This document shows positions 29,900 through 39,810 of a stretch of DNA of 64,000 bases, in pieces (within the stretch, counting starts at the first letter, position 1; each line of letters opens with the position of its first letter). The stretch spans positions 64,001 to 128,000 of the forward strand of contig CAVYNY010000011.1 in NCBI GenBank assembly GCA_963769935.1. Reading direction: 5' to 3'. Below the pieces are notes generated by a model. It searched no databases and was not told where the DNA came from. It saw only the letters and a program-made list of their open reading frames with translations. A program made the position numbers and the translations under genes. Source of the DNA: an uncultured delta proteobacterium (lineage in GTDB: Bacteria > Desulfobacterota > Desulfobacteria > Desulfobacterales > JAFDCJ01).

Positions 29900-30778
29900 T
29901 TAAAAATATTCGTCGACATTGTCTAACAATTTTTGGGCTTTGTTGTGCGCGACGGTATTCAGCAAAGTCAGGTCCGGTTCGATATCTGCCGGAGTGTCAA
30001 GAACCGCCTGCAGCGTGGAAATAAAAAGCTTCCTGTCAAAGGCTTTTCTGGCATAGTAATCGGCGTAATAAACGCGGCTCATTAAAAATTTGCCTTTTCC
30101 CAGTTCAATGGCTTTTAAGAAATGATTTTGGGCTTTATTCAAATCCCCGCCGGCAATTTTGGGCCGGGAGGCTTCCAATACGCCCATGAAGATGTGTGCT
30201 CCCCCGTAGTAGAATCCTTCATCCAGCTCTAAAACTCGTTTCATCATCAATTCCACCCGCGGAAGTTCCGCCAAGGCCTCCATGGAACGCTGGTTGAGTG
30301 ATATCCAGTTTCCCCAGCAGGAGGCCGCCCAGAATATATAAGGAACATCATTTTTGCCCAGGGCTTGCAGGGTCTTTTCAAAGTTGTCGAAATCCGAGGC
30401 AACCGGATTTTTAATGCCGATCTGCCGCAGGGCGCTCAGGGCGTAGTTTCTGGCTTTGGCATACAGTTCACGGGCGTATTCCTGGTTCTCCTCCTGGACA
30501 AAGGCCGATGCGAAAGAAGCATAGGCCTGGGCAGCGGTAATGAGCAGCCTTTCATTGTCCGGCACGGCTTCCACCATGCCGCCAATCAGCATTAAATAGG
30601 CCGGCATACCTTCACGGATAAGCCTCAAATCGGATTGACGGTAAGCTGATCGGGCGACATCATCCAACAAAGAGGCGGTGGCCCCAACGGTCATGGTTTT
30701 GCTGGTGGCACAGGACATCGGGAGGCAGATCAGAAGTAGAAGCAACAGGTTATACTTGAAAAAACGCCCAATTATCAT
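29900..30778 (-). CDS. TRAP TatT-component lipoprotein (TPR-like)
   Basis: Lipobox-like MSC; LELDE.FYYG.AH..., GGD..KA..HF; located directly upstream of dctPQM. Confidence 0.88.
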   Translation of the reverse strand: MIIGRFFKYNLLLLLLICLPMSCATSKTMTVGATASLLDDVARSAYRQSDLRLIREGMPAYLMLIGGMVEAVPDNERLLITAAQAYASFASAFVQEENQEYARELYAKARNYALSALRQIGIKNPVASDFDNFEKTLQALGKNDVPYIFWAASCWGNWISLNQRSMEALAELPRVELMMKRVLELDEGFYYGGAHIFMGVLEASRPKIAGGDLNKAQNHFLKAIELGKGKFLMSRVYYADYYARKAFDRKLFISTLQAVLDTPADIEPDLTLLNTVAHNKAQKLLDNVDEYF

Positions 30779-31184
30779 TGGTTAATCCTCGACCGTTGTT
30801 ATGCTGCAAATATAGTGGAGCGATGTTTGTGCGTCAAGAGTCATTCAGCAGATAATTTCCCGGCAACATGTTTTCGCGTGCAGGAATCAAACTCCAAGGA
30901 CTAAAAAAAAATTGACATTCAGGCCACATTCTAAGACAGAAGCTTTTGTGTGAAAAAGATGTCAGCCAGCCGGACTTTTTTGAATCCAAATGGTTATTTT
31001 GACATTATGCCATCTTTATCTTATACTGCAAGTCGATATATGTCGATAACTACAGGTTCAGGGGTTTGGGGCTGCGACCCCACACGCAAGGTCTGGGTTC
31101 TGGCTGAGGGTTCAAAGTGAAGCTTGCAAAATTTAACATAATGAATTCTGAGTCCGGGAACATCCAACTCGGGGAGGATAATTT

Positions 31185-33083
31185 ATGCACTGTGGATATA
31201 CGGGTAAGATATTGCATGTCGATTTGACAAATCGCAGCATCGAGATCGAAGAACAGGATGAAGCATTTTACCGAAGCTACCTGGGAGGCCGGGGAATCGG
31301 CTATCACTACTTGATGAAAATGGTTCCCCCCGGCACAGACGCTTTGGCTGCGGACAATATTCTGGTTCTGGCTACCGGTGTGATGACGGGCTCTCCGCTG
31401 GCCGCCTCCTGCCGTTTTGCAGCCGTAGGAAAATCCCCGCTTACCGGCACAGCGGGTGAGTCCGAGGCCGCCGGGTTTTTCGGCCCCGAGCTCAAGAAGG
31501 CCGGATTTGATGCCGTGGTCCTGAAAGGGCGAGCGGATACCCCGGTATACCTCTGGGTTAATGATGATAAAGCCGAAATCAAAGATGCAACGCAGATATG
31601 GCAGCTTGGCGCCAAAGAAGTGGAGGACGCCATCCGCGCAGAGCTGGGCAGCGGCAAGATCCGGGTGGCCCAGACCGGGCTTGGCGGCATGAATCTGGTG
31701 CGTTATGCAAATATTACCAACAACCTCGGCCATTTCAACGGCCGCGGCGGTTTCGGCGCGCTGATGGGGTCAAAAAACCTGCGGGCGGTGGCCGCCCTGG
31801 GATCAAACAAAATTAATTTTTTCGATCCCGAATTCCTGAATCAAACGGCCAAAGATTATGCCAAAACCTATCGTGACAATCCGCTGGGAGAAGCGCTGTA
31901 TGTTTACGGCACCACTGCTTTTGCCGAGCTGTTATCCAACGGGGGCGCATTGCCGGTGAACAATTTCCGGCGCAGTGCCCTCGACGATGCCGCGCCGGTC
32001 AGCGGTGATACCTACAACCAGCTTCTGCTTAAAAAAAGGAAAGGCTGCTATTCGTGTCCCATTCAATGCAAACGCGTCATTGCGCTGGACGACCCCAAAT
32101 ACGGTGTGGATTCGCGCTACGGTGGGCCTGAGTACGAGACCATGGCGGCGCTGGGGACTAATTTAAAAATAACAGATCTGAAAGCCATCGCCAAAGGCAA
32201 TGAAATCTGCAACCGCTATTGCCTCGACACGATTTCGGCGGGCATGACCATTGCCTTTGCCTGCGAATGTTTTGAGGAAGGTGTCATTGCCAAGGCGGAT
32301 ACCGGAGGCCGGGAGCTGCGCTTCGGCGATGCCGACCTGATGCTCGAACTGCTGGAGATGATCGCGCGCCGCGAAGGTTTTGGCGATGCTCTGGCGGAAG
32401 GTTCCGCCCGCCTGGCAAAAAACTGGGGTGTTGAAGACCAACCGTGCAGCCTGTCGGTCAAAGGCATGGAAATCCCGATGCACGATCCGCGGGTTAAAGT
32501 CGGGGTGGGTTTGGGCTATGCCGTCAGCACTTACGGCGCCGATCACATGACCGCCGCGCACGATCCGTATTTTGCCGATGAAAATTCTTTTATGTTTAAA
32601 TCCGTAAAGCCGCTGGGTATCTACAAAGCCATGCATCCCACCGAGATCACTCATGACAAGGTCCGCAGCTACCAGCGGCTGGAATGTCTCTGGCGGATGA
32701 TGGACGCTTTGGGGCTGTGTCTATTCGGATATGCTCCGCGGGGCGTGATGACACTTGATCTCATGGTACAATCCATCAATGCCGCGACAGGCTGGAATGC
32801 AAGTCTGTTTGAATTGATGAAATCCGCCGAGCGCGGGTCCATGATTGCCCGGGCGTTTAACAGTCGTGAAGGGTTTACCATCAAGGACGACCGGCTGCCG
32901 GAGCGGCTTTTTGACCCCAAACCGGATGGTCCCAATGCCGGTCGGCAAATTTTTACAAAAGAAGATTTCAACCAGGCCGTGCGGATATTTTACGAGATGA
33001 GCGGCTGTGATCCGGCCACCGGCCGGCCCCATCACGGCAAGTTGTTGGAGTTAGGCCTGGAATGGGTGGAAGAGTTGATGTGA
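31185..33083 (+). CDS. aor: Tungsten-type aldehyde:ferredoxin oxidoreductase
   Basis: GY.GKIL.VDL, KSPLTG, GRGGFGA.MGSKNL, CYSCPIQC, PEYET, DTISAG, HDPR, GADH. Confidence 0.93.
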   Translation: MHCGYTGKILHVDLTNRSIEIEEQDEAFYRSYLGGRGIGYHYLMKMVPPGTDALAADNILVLATGVMTGSPLAASCRFAAVGKSPLTGTAGESEAAGFFGPELKKAGFDAVVLKGRADTPVYLWVNDDKAEIKDATQIWQLGAKEVEDAIRAELGSGKIRVAQTGLGGMNLVRYANITNNLGHFNGRGGFGALMGSKNLRAVAALGSNKINFFDPEFLNQTAKDYAKTYRDNPLGEALYVYGTTAFAELLSNGGALPVNNFRRSALDDAAPVSGDTYNQLLLKKRKGCYSCPIQCKRVIALDDPKYGVDSRYGGPEYETMAALGTNLKITDLKAIAKGNEICNRYCLDTISAGMTIAFACECFEEGVIAKADTGGRELRFGDADLMLELLEMIARREGFGDALAEGSARLAKNWGVEDQPCSLSVKGMEIPMHDPRVKVGVGLGYAVSTYGADHMTAAHDPYFADENSFMFKSVKPLGIYKAMHPTEITHDKVRSYQRLECLWRMMDALGLCLFGYAPRGVMTLDLMVQSINAATGWNASLFELMKSAERGSMIARAFNSREGFTIKDDRLPERLFDPKPDGPNAGRQIFTKEDFNQAVRIFYEMSGCDPATGRPHHGKLLELGLEWVEELM

Positions 33084-33133
33084 GGTTCAATTTTCCAATA
33101 ACCAATAACTAATAACAAAAAATTGGAGGCTTC

Positions 33134-33734
33134 ATGCTAGGAAAACCCAAAAAACCTGAAAACGATACACCTTTTACCACCGGAAAAACAATAGCAGAAC
33201 AAAAGTCGGCTCTTTCTTCTTCTTCTCCTCCTCCTCCTCCTTCTTCTTCTTTCTTCTTCTTCTTCTTCTCCTCCCCCTCTTTCCCCACCGCGTCCGACGC
33301 CGCAAACCAGTGAAGCAAAAACCACCATCGGACAGCATATAGCCATCGAAGGGCAACTTCGAGGAGAGGAGCACCTGGTCATTGAGGGATCAATGAAGGG
33401 CAATGTTCAGATGGAGAAGCACAATTTTACGGTGGGCGCCAACGGGCAGGTTGATGGTGAAGTCCGTGCCCAGAACGTCAGCGTCAGCGGCCAGTTAAAA
33501 GGAACCATCACCGCCATGGGCAAAGTCGAGGTTACCAAGGAGGCGGATTTTTATGGTGATATCAGGGCTAAAAGCATTTCCGTGGAAGACGGCGCCTACT
33601 TCAAGGGCTCCATCGAACTGAGCCGGGAACCGCACCGCAAATCCGCTTTTGCCGAAGCGGCCAAGGGGCCGTCATCCGCTGAACCGGCCAAGGCGTCGTT
33701 TTCGCAGCCGGCCGCTGCCAAGAAGGAGCCTTGA
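33134..33734 (+). CDS. Bactofilin (polymer-forming cytoskeletal protein), frameshifted in a TCT/CCT microsatellite
   Basis: GGAGG plus ATG 33134; after one extra T near 33251 the frame continues TTIGQHIAIEGQLRGEEHLVIEG...VEDGAYFKGSI (beta-helix repeats). Confidence 0.8.
33212..33273. repeat. Trinucleotide microsatellite (TCT)n(CCT)n(TCT)n
   Basis: Direct reading of the sequence. Confidence 0.9.
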
Positions 33735-33737
33735 TTT

Positions 33738-34358
33738 TTGACCGCCTCGAGTGCTCCATATCCAAGGTATTCAGATACTGAGCCCTTTCCGGGAGGGTAC
33801 AACAGCACAATCCTCAAATTGTTTGTCGAAACGCTCGAGCGCTGGCGGGATGTTGAGATTCTCGATGTGGGTCCGGTCTGCCAGGAAAATATCATGTTTT
33901 TCGCCGGACGGATGCACCGGCACTATGTCTGCGATATGTTCCTGCGGCTGCAGCGCGAACCGGACCGGAAACCCGGCGGCCGTGATGTATTCCGGCATCT
34001 CGACTACCCGCCGCGCAGTTTTGATGGCATTCAGCTGTGGGATCTGACCGACCACCTTGACGATAATCAGGTTAAGCACCTGGTGAAGCGCTGTTTTGAT
34101 ATGCTCAGATCGACCGGTTTGTTGATGTTGACTGCCTTTGAAAAAAAACCGTATCCGGACCTGATTAATACCTTCGTCATCGGTCGGGAGTACCTTTTGG
34201 ATGTTCGTGGGCAGCCGCACCTTAAACTGCCATGGTATTGCCGCCACAATCGGGCGCTGATGTCCGTGCTGGCCGATTTCAATATTGTCAAATCATTTCG
34301 CTACCGCAACGGTCTGCGGGAGTTCTTGTTTGAAAAGCCCGGTCTTATAAGAGACTAG
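33738..34358 (+). CDS. Class I SAM-dependent methyltransferase-like protein
   Basis: ILDVGP, FDGIQLWD..DHL, L...GLL motifs; start uncertain (TTG). Confidence 0.7.
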   Translation: MTASSAPYPRYSDTEPFPGGYNSTILKLFVETLERWRDVEILDVGPVCQENIMFFAGRMHRHYVCDMFLRLQREPDRKPGGRDVFRHLDYPPRSFDGIQLWDLTDHLDDNQVKHLVKRCFDMLRSTGLLMLTAFEKKPYPDLINTFVIGREYLLDVRGQPHLKLPWYCRHNRALMSVLADFNIVKSFRYRNGLREFLFEKPGLIRD

Positions 34359-34567
34359 GCGCTTAAAGCCATAGCGACACTCCCGCCTGCAAGGCTCCAG
34401 CGGGCAGATTGTCGTCGATGTCGATTTATTTCATTTTGGTGCTTCGCCTCAGGCGTATCCAAGTCAGGTTAAATCAAATCCTACTCATGCTGAATTCCCT
34501 GTTCCTCAGATCGCGTGTATGTCTTTTGGCTGCAATCGGGACCATGTTGGGGCGGTTTTGAATCATA

Positions 34568-34919
34568 ATGATGAACATCATAAAACGAATTGCGGCAACC
34601 AACTATGTCCGCTCGGCTATAGAAGACAAAGCCGACTTAAGCGCGTTTAAAGAGAAACCCTCGACTCGGGTGGTCTGCGGCATATCGATCATCGGTTTCA
34701 GTTATATTATCGGCTGGCCGGCGATCGGTTTGCTGGCCATGATTTCCATCTTCCTGAAAAAACCCTTAATTCTCAGCTGTTGGCGGTCCGCTCACCTACG
34801 GCCTGTCACACCTGGTATTTGTGCTGGGGATGTATCTGGCCGGAGCTGATTACAGCCGTGTATTCCTGCGGTGGGCGACGCGGGTAACCGTTGAAAAATT
34901 GATGAATAAGGATTCTTGA
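34568..34919 (+). pseudogene. Small membrane protein with an apparent +1 frameshift near 34775
   Basis: ..KKPLIL continues in another frame as AVGGPLTYGLSHLVFVLGMYLAG...KDS*; may be a sequencing error. Confidence 0.65.
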
Positions 34920-35078
34920 ATAGCGCCATAATTTAAAATGAAACCGCATTAAAACAATGTTATGCGCTTTGAGATATTTCTGTTATAAGTTTAAATCTAA
35001 ACAACTTATCCAAACAGAATCTTTCTAAATGGCAACGGATAAATTTGTACTAAATGGAAAAACAGGAATTCATTGATT

Positions 35079-36158
35079 ATGAGTGACGGGATTTATCAAC
35101 AACTGGCCAAGGTTCTCGATACCCTTCCCAACGGTTTTCCGGCGACGGAAAACGGTATAGAAATCAAACTGCTTAAAAAAATCTTCGACCCCCAGGACGC
35201 CGAACTTTTCTGCGATTTAAAGTTGAGCTTTGAGACGACCGACCAGATTGCCCAGCGCACCGCCAGGCCACTGGCGGGACTGGAAGACCGGCTGACGTCC
35301 ATGTGGCGGCGCGGGCAAATTTTCGGCGTCAACCTGGGAGGGGTCAAAATATTCAAGATGGTTCCCTGGGCTATCGGTATTTATGAATTTCAACTGCCTC
35401 ACATGGATCGGGAGTTGGCCGAAATGTGCGCAGAATACATGCCGGTTTACGGTCGCCAGTTCTTCAAAAACAAACCCCAGCTGATGCAGGTCATTCCGGT
35501 AGAAAGGGAAATTCAAGCCAGACAGGAGGCGCTGCCATATGAGCGGGTATCCGGCATTATCGAAACCGGCAAATCCTTCCAGGTCAACGAATGCGTTTGT
35601 AAGAAAGAACAGGGTCTTATTGATAATCGGTGCGAAAAGCCGCTGGAGGTCTGTCTGGCCATTGCGCCGATTGAAGGTGTTTTCAAAAATTCAACGGTCG
35701 GGCGCCTGATCAGCAAAGAAGAAGCCTATGAGGTGCTCCGCAAATCCGAAGAGGCCGGCCTGGTCCACCTGACATGGAATGTGGAGAACGGCCACTTTTT
35801 CATCTGTAATTGTTGCGGGTGCTGCTGCAACGTGCTGCGCTCAATTAATGAACTGGGTATATCAGATGCCGTGAATTCCTACTATTATGCTCAAATCGAT
35901 CCGGAGGAATGCATTGCCTGCGGGGTATGCAAAGATGAACGCTGTCAGGTAAATGCCATCGAGGAGGGCCAGGGTGTTTACGCGGTAATCAAGGAACGCT
36001 GCATCGGATGCGGTCTGTGTGTCTCAACCTGCCCTTCAGAAGCAATTCGGTTGGTTCGCAAGAAACCTGCCGAAATAACATCGCCCCCTAAAGATGAAAT
36101 GGAGTGGTATCAGGAGCGCGGACGGCTGAGGGGGGTCGATTTCAGCAATTTCAGGTAA
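35079..36158 (+). CDS. Cys-rich Fe-S protein with C-terminal 2x[4Fe-4S] ferredoxin domain
   Basis: ECVC, ICNCCGCCC, CIACGVC...C, CIGCGLCVSTCP. Confidence 0.9.
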   Translation: MSDGIYQQLAKVLDTLPNGFPATENGIEIKLLKKIFDPQDAELFCDLKLSFETTDQIAQRTARPLAGLEDRLTSMWRRGQIFGVNLGGVKIFKMVPWAIGIYEFQLPHMDRELAEMCAEYMPVYGRQFFKNKPQLMQVIPVEREIQARQEALPYERVSGIIETGKSFQVNECVCKKEQGLIDNRCEKPLEVCLAIAPIEGVFKNSTVGRLISKEEAYEVLRKSEEAGLVHLTWNVENGHFFICNCCGCCCNVLRSINELGISDAVNSYYYAQIDPEECIACGVCKDERCQVNAIEEGQGVYAVIKERCIGCGLCVSTCPSEAIRLVRKKPAEITSPPKDEMEWYQERGRLRGVDFSNFR

Positions 36159-36211
36159 TATGCAAACCCGTTTGAGATTGCGCAATTCAGGGCTTTATAA
36201 GGGGGTAATTT

Positions 36212-37117
36212 ATGCCAAATGTCAAAGCCAACGGTATCCGGATTGAATACGACACCATCGGAAATTCATCCTCGCCGCCCTTGCTTTTGATTATGGGCCT
36301 GGGCGGACAGTTGATTCACTGGGACGCTGACTTTTGCGGGAAACTTGCCGATAAAGGACTTTTTATCATTCGATTCGACAACCGTGATACCGGTCTTTCC
36401 ACCAAATTCGAAGGGGCCGGTCCACCGGACATATCCGGCTTGTTCAATGCGCTCATGAAGGGCCAAACAATTGAGACACCCTATACGCTAAATGATATGG
36501 CCGATGATGCCGCCGGTTTGCTGGCGGCGCTGAATATCGAAAAAGCTCACATCTGCGGCTCCTCGATGGGCGGTATGATTGCCCAGACCCTTGCCATCCG
36601 GCACCCGCAGCGTCTTTTAAGCCTCATTTCGATCTACGGCACAACCGGAAATCCGAATTTGCCGCCGCCGCAACCCGCAGCAATGGAAGCGCTGATGACG
36701 CCGCCTCCCGCCGAACGCGAGGCCTACATTGAATATAACGTCAAAACGATGAAGGCGATTGCCGGCTCGGGTTTTCCCTTTGACGAGCAGTTTATCCGCA
36801 GCATATCGGCCCAGGCGTATGACCGTGCCTTTTATCCGCAGGGCGTCGGCCGTCAAATGATGGCGGTTATGACCCAGGAAAACCGCGAACCCGCCCTGGC
36901 ATCGGTCAGTGTTCCCGCCCTTGTGATCCACGGCACCGCCGACCCCCTTGTGCCGCCGGCGCACGGCACGCAAACGGCCAATGCCATACCCGGTGCGCAA
37001 CTGCTGCTCATTGAGGGCATGGGACACGATTTGCCCCACATAAAAGGACCCTGGCCGCAGGTCATAGACGCCATCGCGGACCACACGAAAAACGCCGAAG
37101 CCGTAAGGCGGCAATAA
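36212..37117 (+). CDS. Alpha/beta-fold hydrolase (esterase-like)
   Basis: MGLG, FDNRDTGLS, GSSMGG nucleophile elbow, HG..DPL, GMGHD. Confidence 0.93.
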   Translation: MPNVKANGIRIEYDTIGNSSSPPLLLIMGLGGQLIHWDADFCGKLADKGLFIIRFDNRDTGLSTKFEGAGPPDISGLFNALMKGQTIETPYTLNDMADDAAGLLAALNIEKAHICGSSMGGMIAQTLAIRHPQRLLSLISIYGTTGNPNLPPPQPAAMEALMTPPPAEREAYIEYNVKTMKAIAGSGFPFDEQFIRSISAQAYDRAFYPQGVGRQMMAVMTQENREPALASVSVPALVIHGTADPLVPPAHGTQTANAIPGAQLLLIEGMGHDLPHIKGPWPQVIDAIADHTKNAEAVRRQ

Positions 37118-37166
37118 TGTGGTGATTGGAATGTTTGATAATAAAAAAAAAGTCATTCTAACGCCC

Positions 37167-37191
37167 GGATACCCGCCTTCGCGGGTATGAC
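37167..37191. repeat. REP-like palindrome
   Basis: GGATACCCGCCTTCGCGGGTATGAC; same family as the pair at 47671-47744. Confidence 0.7.
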
Positions 37192-37293
37192 GGCTGTTTT
37201 AACTAATCGATATGAACACCTTAATTGTCATTTTCGCAGCCCATATATTCAATCGCAATAACGAACGAAGCAAGTTATCGGGAGACTGCCGCC

Positions 37294-37599
37294 GTGCCCA
37301 TCGAAGTGATGATAAAAAGGAAAATCAAGCAGGGACCCCAGGCCGGCAAACTGGTACCGCTTATTTTGCAGCTCAGAGTGCTTGCCACCTATCAGCCGGG
37401 CTACATATCCGGCCGGACTTTGTATAATCTGGAAAATCCGGAAGATTGCCTGGTCGTCAGTGAATGGCAATCGTTGGAAGACTGGTATAACTGGATGAAG
37501 AGTCCCCAAAGGAAGGAACTCCAGGATAAAATTGACGTATTGTCCGGCGAGCAGACCGGATACAGCATTTATGCACCCATGGTCGTGAAGGAGCTCTGA
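37294..37599 (+). CDS. Antibiotic biosynthesis monooxygenase (ABM) domain protein
   Basis: QPGYISG.TL, LVVSEW.S.EDW..W..S..R; GGAG before GTG 37294. Confidence 0.8.
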   Translation: MPIEVMIKRKIKQGPQAGKLVPLILQLRVLATYQPGYISGRTLYNLENPEDCLVVSEWQSLEDWYNWMKSPQRKELQDKIDVLSGEQTGYSIYAPMVVKEL

Positions 37600-37693
37600 A
37601 CGCCGTGGGAGTATATTTGCCTATGATGGTTCAAACCCGACAGACCCAGGGACCCTGGGTCGTTATGGGTTAATTGTTCAAGGAGGTTTAGCG

Positions 37694-38602
37694 ATGGAAA
37701 ATTCCAATACAAGCAAAGTGGCACTTGTCAGCACCCAGAATCGCAAGACCGGGGTTGCATCATCCATTCAGGCCCTGGGTATCAATCCGGTGAAGAACAA
37801 AAACGTTCTCATCAAACCTAATTTCAACACGGCCGATCAGGTACCGGGGTCCACCCACAACGATACCCTGGCGGCCCTGATCGAAGAGGTCTGGAAGATG
37901 GGGGCCAAAACGGTGCGCCTGGGTGAGCGCAGCTACCCGCTGACCCGTGAGGTCATGGCGCAAAAAGGCGTTCTGCCGCTGCTGGAAAAGCTGGATGTCG
38001 ACGTCGTGGATTTTGACGATCTGCCCGAAAAGGATTGGGTCAAGGTGGACGCCGATGGATCCCACTGGCGGGATGGATTTCGGGTGGCCCGGCCGATCCT
38101 GGAGAACGAATGTCTGATCACCACCTGCTGCCTTAAAACGCACCAGTTCGGCGGGGTGTTTACCATGTCTTTGAAAAATCACGTAGGCGTAGTTCCCACC
38201 ACCCGCCACGGATACGACTATATGAGAGAGCTGCACTCATCGCCCCACCAGCGCAAACTGATTGCCGAAATCAACGCACCCTTCAAACCCGATCTCGTCG
38301 TACTGGATGGTATCGAGGCCTTTGTGGACGGCGGCCCGGCCAATGGCAAAAGAGCCAACGGCAATGTTTTTCTGGCATCCGCCGATCGGGTGGCGATCGA
38401 TGCCGTCGGCGTGGCGATTTTAAAATCACTGGGCAGCAACGCCAAGATCATGAACACGAAGATTTTCGAACAGGAGCAGATTGCCCGGGCCGCGGAATTA
38501 GGGCTGGGGGCATCCTCTCCAGCCGACATCGATCTGATATCGGCGGATGATGCCAGCCGTGAATACCGGGATCGGATTGCCGCAATATTAAATGAGGGCT
38601 GA
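37694..38602 (+). CDS. DUF362 domain protein
   Basis: VLIKPNFN, LKTH..GG.FTMSLKN.VG, PDLVVLDG, D.VAIDA. Confidence 0.9.
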   Translation: MENSNTSKVALVSTQNRKTGVASSIQALGINPVKNKNVLIKPNFNTADQVPGSTHNDTLAALIEEVWKMGAKTVRLGERSYPLTREVMAQKGVLPLLEKLDVDVVDFDDLPEKDWVKVDADGSHWRDGFRVARPILENECLITTCCLKTHQFGGVFTMSLKNHVGVVPTTRHGYDYMRELHSSPHQRKLIAEINAPFKPDLVVLDGIEAFVDGGPANGKRANGNVFLASADRVAIDAVGVAILKSLGSNAKIMNTKIFEQEQIARAAELGLGASSPADIDLISADDASREYRDRIAAILNEG

Positions 38603-38810
38603 ATCCAACCCGGGATCGACTGCGGTTTATCTAATAAACTAATCACTCTCTGCGGCCTCAGCGCGGCGGTGATATCTATAAATATATCTCTGTTGAGAGG
38701 TCAATTTGCCGTTAGGATCTTTATCGACTAAACGTAACCGTATTTATTAAACTATTTCCAAATCATATCGACCCGGCAAATCATAATTCTAATTCTATAA
38801 AGGAGCACCG

Positions 38811-39476
38811 ATGCAATTGAAAGAGGCCATTCGTAGCCGCCGCAGCATTCGACAGTTTTTATCCAAACCGGTACCTGAAGAAATGATCCGGGAACTTATC
38901 GCCGACTCCCTCTGGGTACCCTCCTGGGGCAACACCCAGCCCTGGGAAATTGTGGTGGTCACCGGGGAAAAATTGGAAGAATTTAAAAAGAAAAATATGG
39001 CGGCTCTTGCAGCCGGTAAAGCCTCCCAAACGGATGTTCCTATGCCCCGGGTGTGGCCGGAAGCCTACTTGAATCGCTACAAAGACCTTGGCAAAGGTGT
39101 TTTATCATCCCTTGGCATCGCGCGGGAAGACAAGCAAGCCCGGCTGCAGCATTTTGTCCGGATGTTCGGCCTGTTTGAGGCGCCGGCCATAATTCTGGTC
39201 AACGTCGACAAAGCGCTTTCGCTGGAATATGCCATGCTGGATGTCGGCATCTTGCTGCAGACTTTCTGTCTCCTGGCTCACGACCGGGGACTGGGCACCT
39301 GCATCATGGCGGCCATCGTCAACTATCCGGAAATTGTGCATGAGTTGTTTTCAATCCCTGAAAATAAGACCATCGTCATGGGGGCCATCCTTGGCTGGCC
39401 GGATCCCGAGGCAGCGGTGAACCAATTTGAGAGACAGCGCGGCTCGTTGGAGGAATTTGTGCGGTGGGTAAGTTAA
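38811..39476 (+). CDS. Nitroreductase family protein
   Basis: RRSIRQF, PSWGNTQPW, F.AP, GLGTC, LGWP. Confidence 0.92.
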   Translation: MQLKEAIRSRRSIRQFLSKPVPEEMIRELIADSLWVPSWGNTQPWEIVVVTGEKLEEFKKKNMAALAAGKASQTDVPMPRVWPEAYLNRYKDLGKGVLSSLGIAREDKQARLQHFVRMFGLFEAPAIILVNVDKALSLEYAMLDVGILLQTFCLLAHDRGLGTCIMAAIVNYPEIVHELFSIPENKTIVMGAILGWPDPEAAVNQFERQRGSLEEFVRWVS

Positions 39477-39732
39477 AGCCGCAGATCAAAAATCTGAAAA
39501 TATTCCATTTGACCTCGCCAAATTGTGCGGAAGACTTGGTCAGCCAAACAAAAACATTAACCTGAAAACCTATCTCGATTCCTCTGTTCAAGGCAGTCCT
39601 GCCTTTTTATTTTTCCTAAGTAATGAAGCCGCTCACATCTCGTTGCAGTAGTGTAATGATTTCGAAAACTTGATTGCGTTTTAATCATTTTCCGTTTTTC
39701 CTGTTCCATTTTTTTACCTGGCAATTTCCTAT

Positions 39733-39760
39733 TAAAGTAATTCTTGTCTTATTCCGATAA
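39733..39760 (+). promoter_or_regulatory. Putative sigma28 (FliA) promoter of the chemoreceptor gene
   Basis: TAAA-N16-TCCGATAA upstream of an MCP gene. Confidence 0.5.
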
Positions 39761-39810
39761 CTATTCTGAGTATCAATAATACCGGGCCCCAATTTTGGAG
39801 GTAATTGCAT

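Noticed and set aside
33109..33403. Minus-strand poly-Glu/Lys/Arg ORFs
   Set aside because: Shadows of the TCT/CCT microsatellite inside the + strand bactofilin gene.
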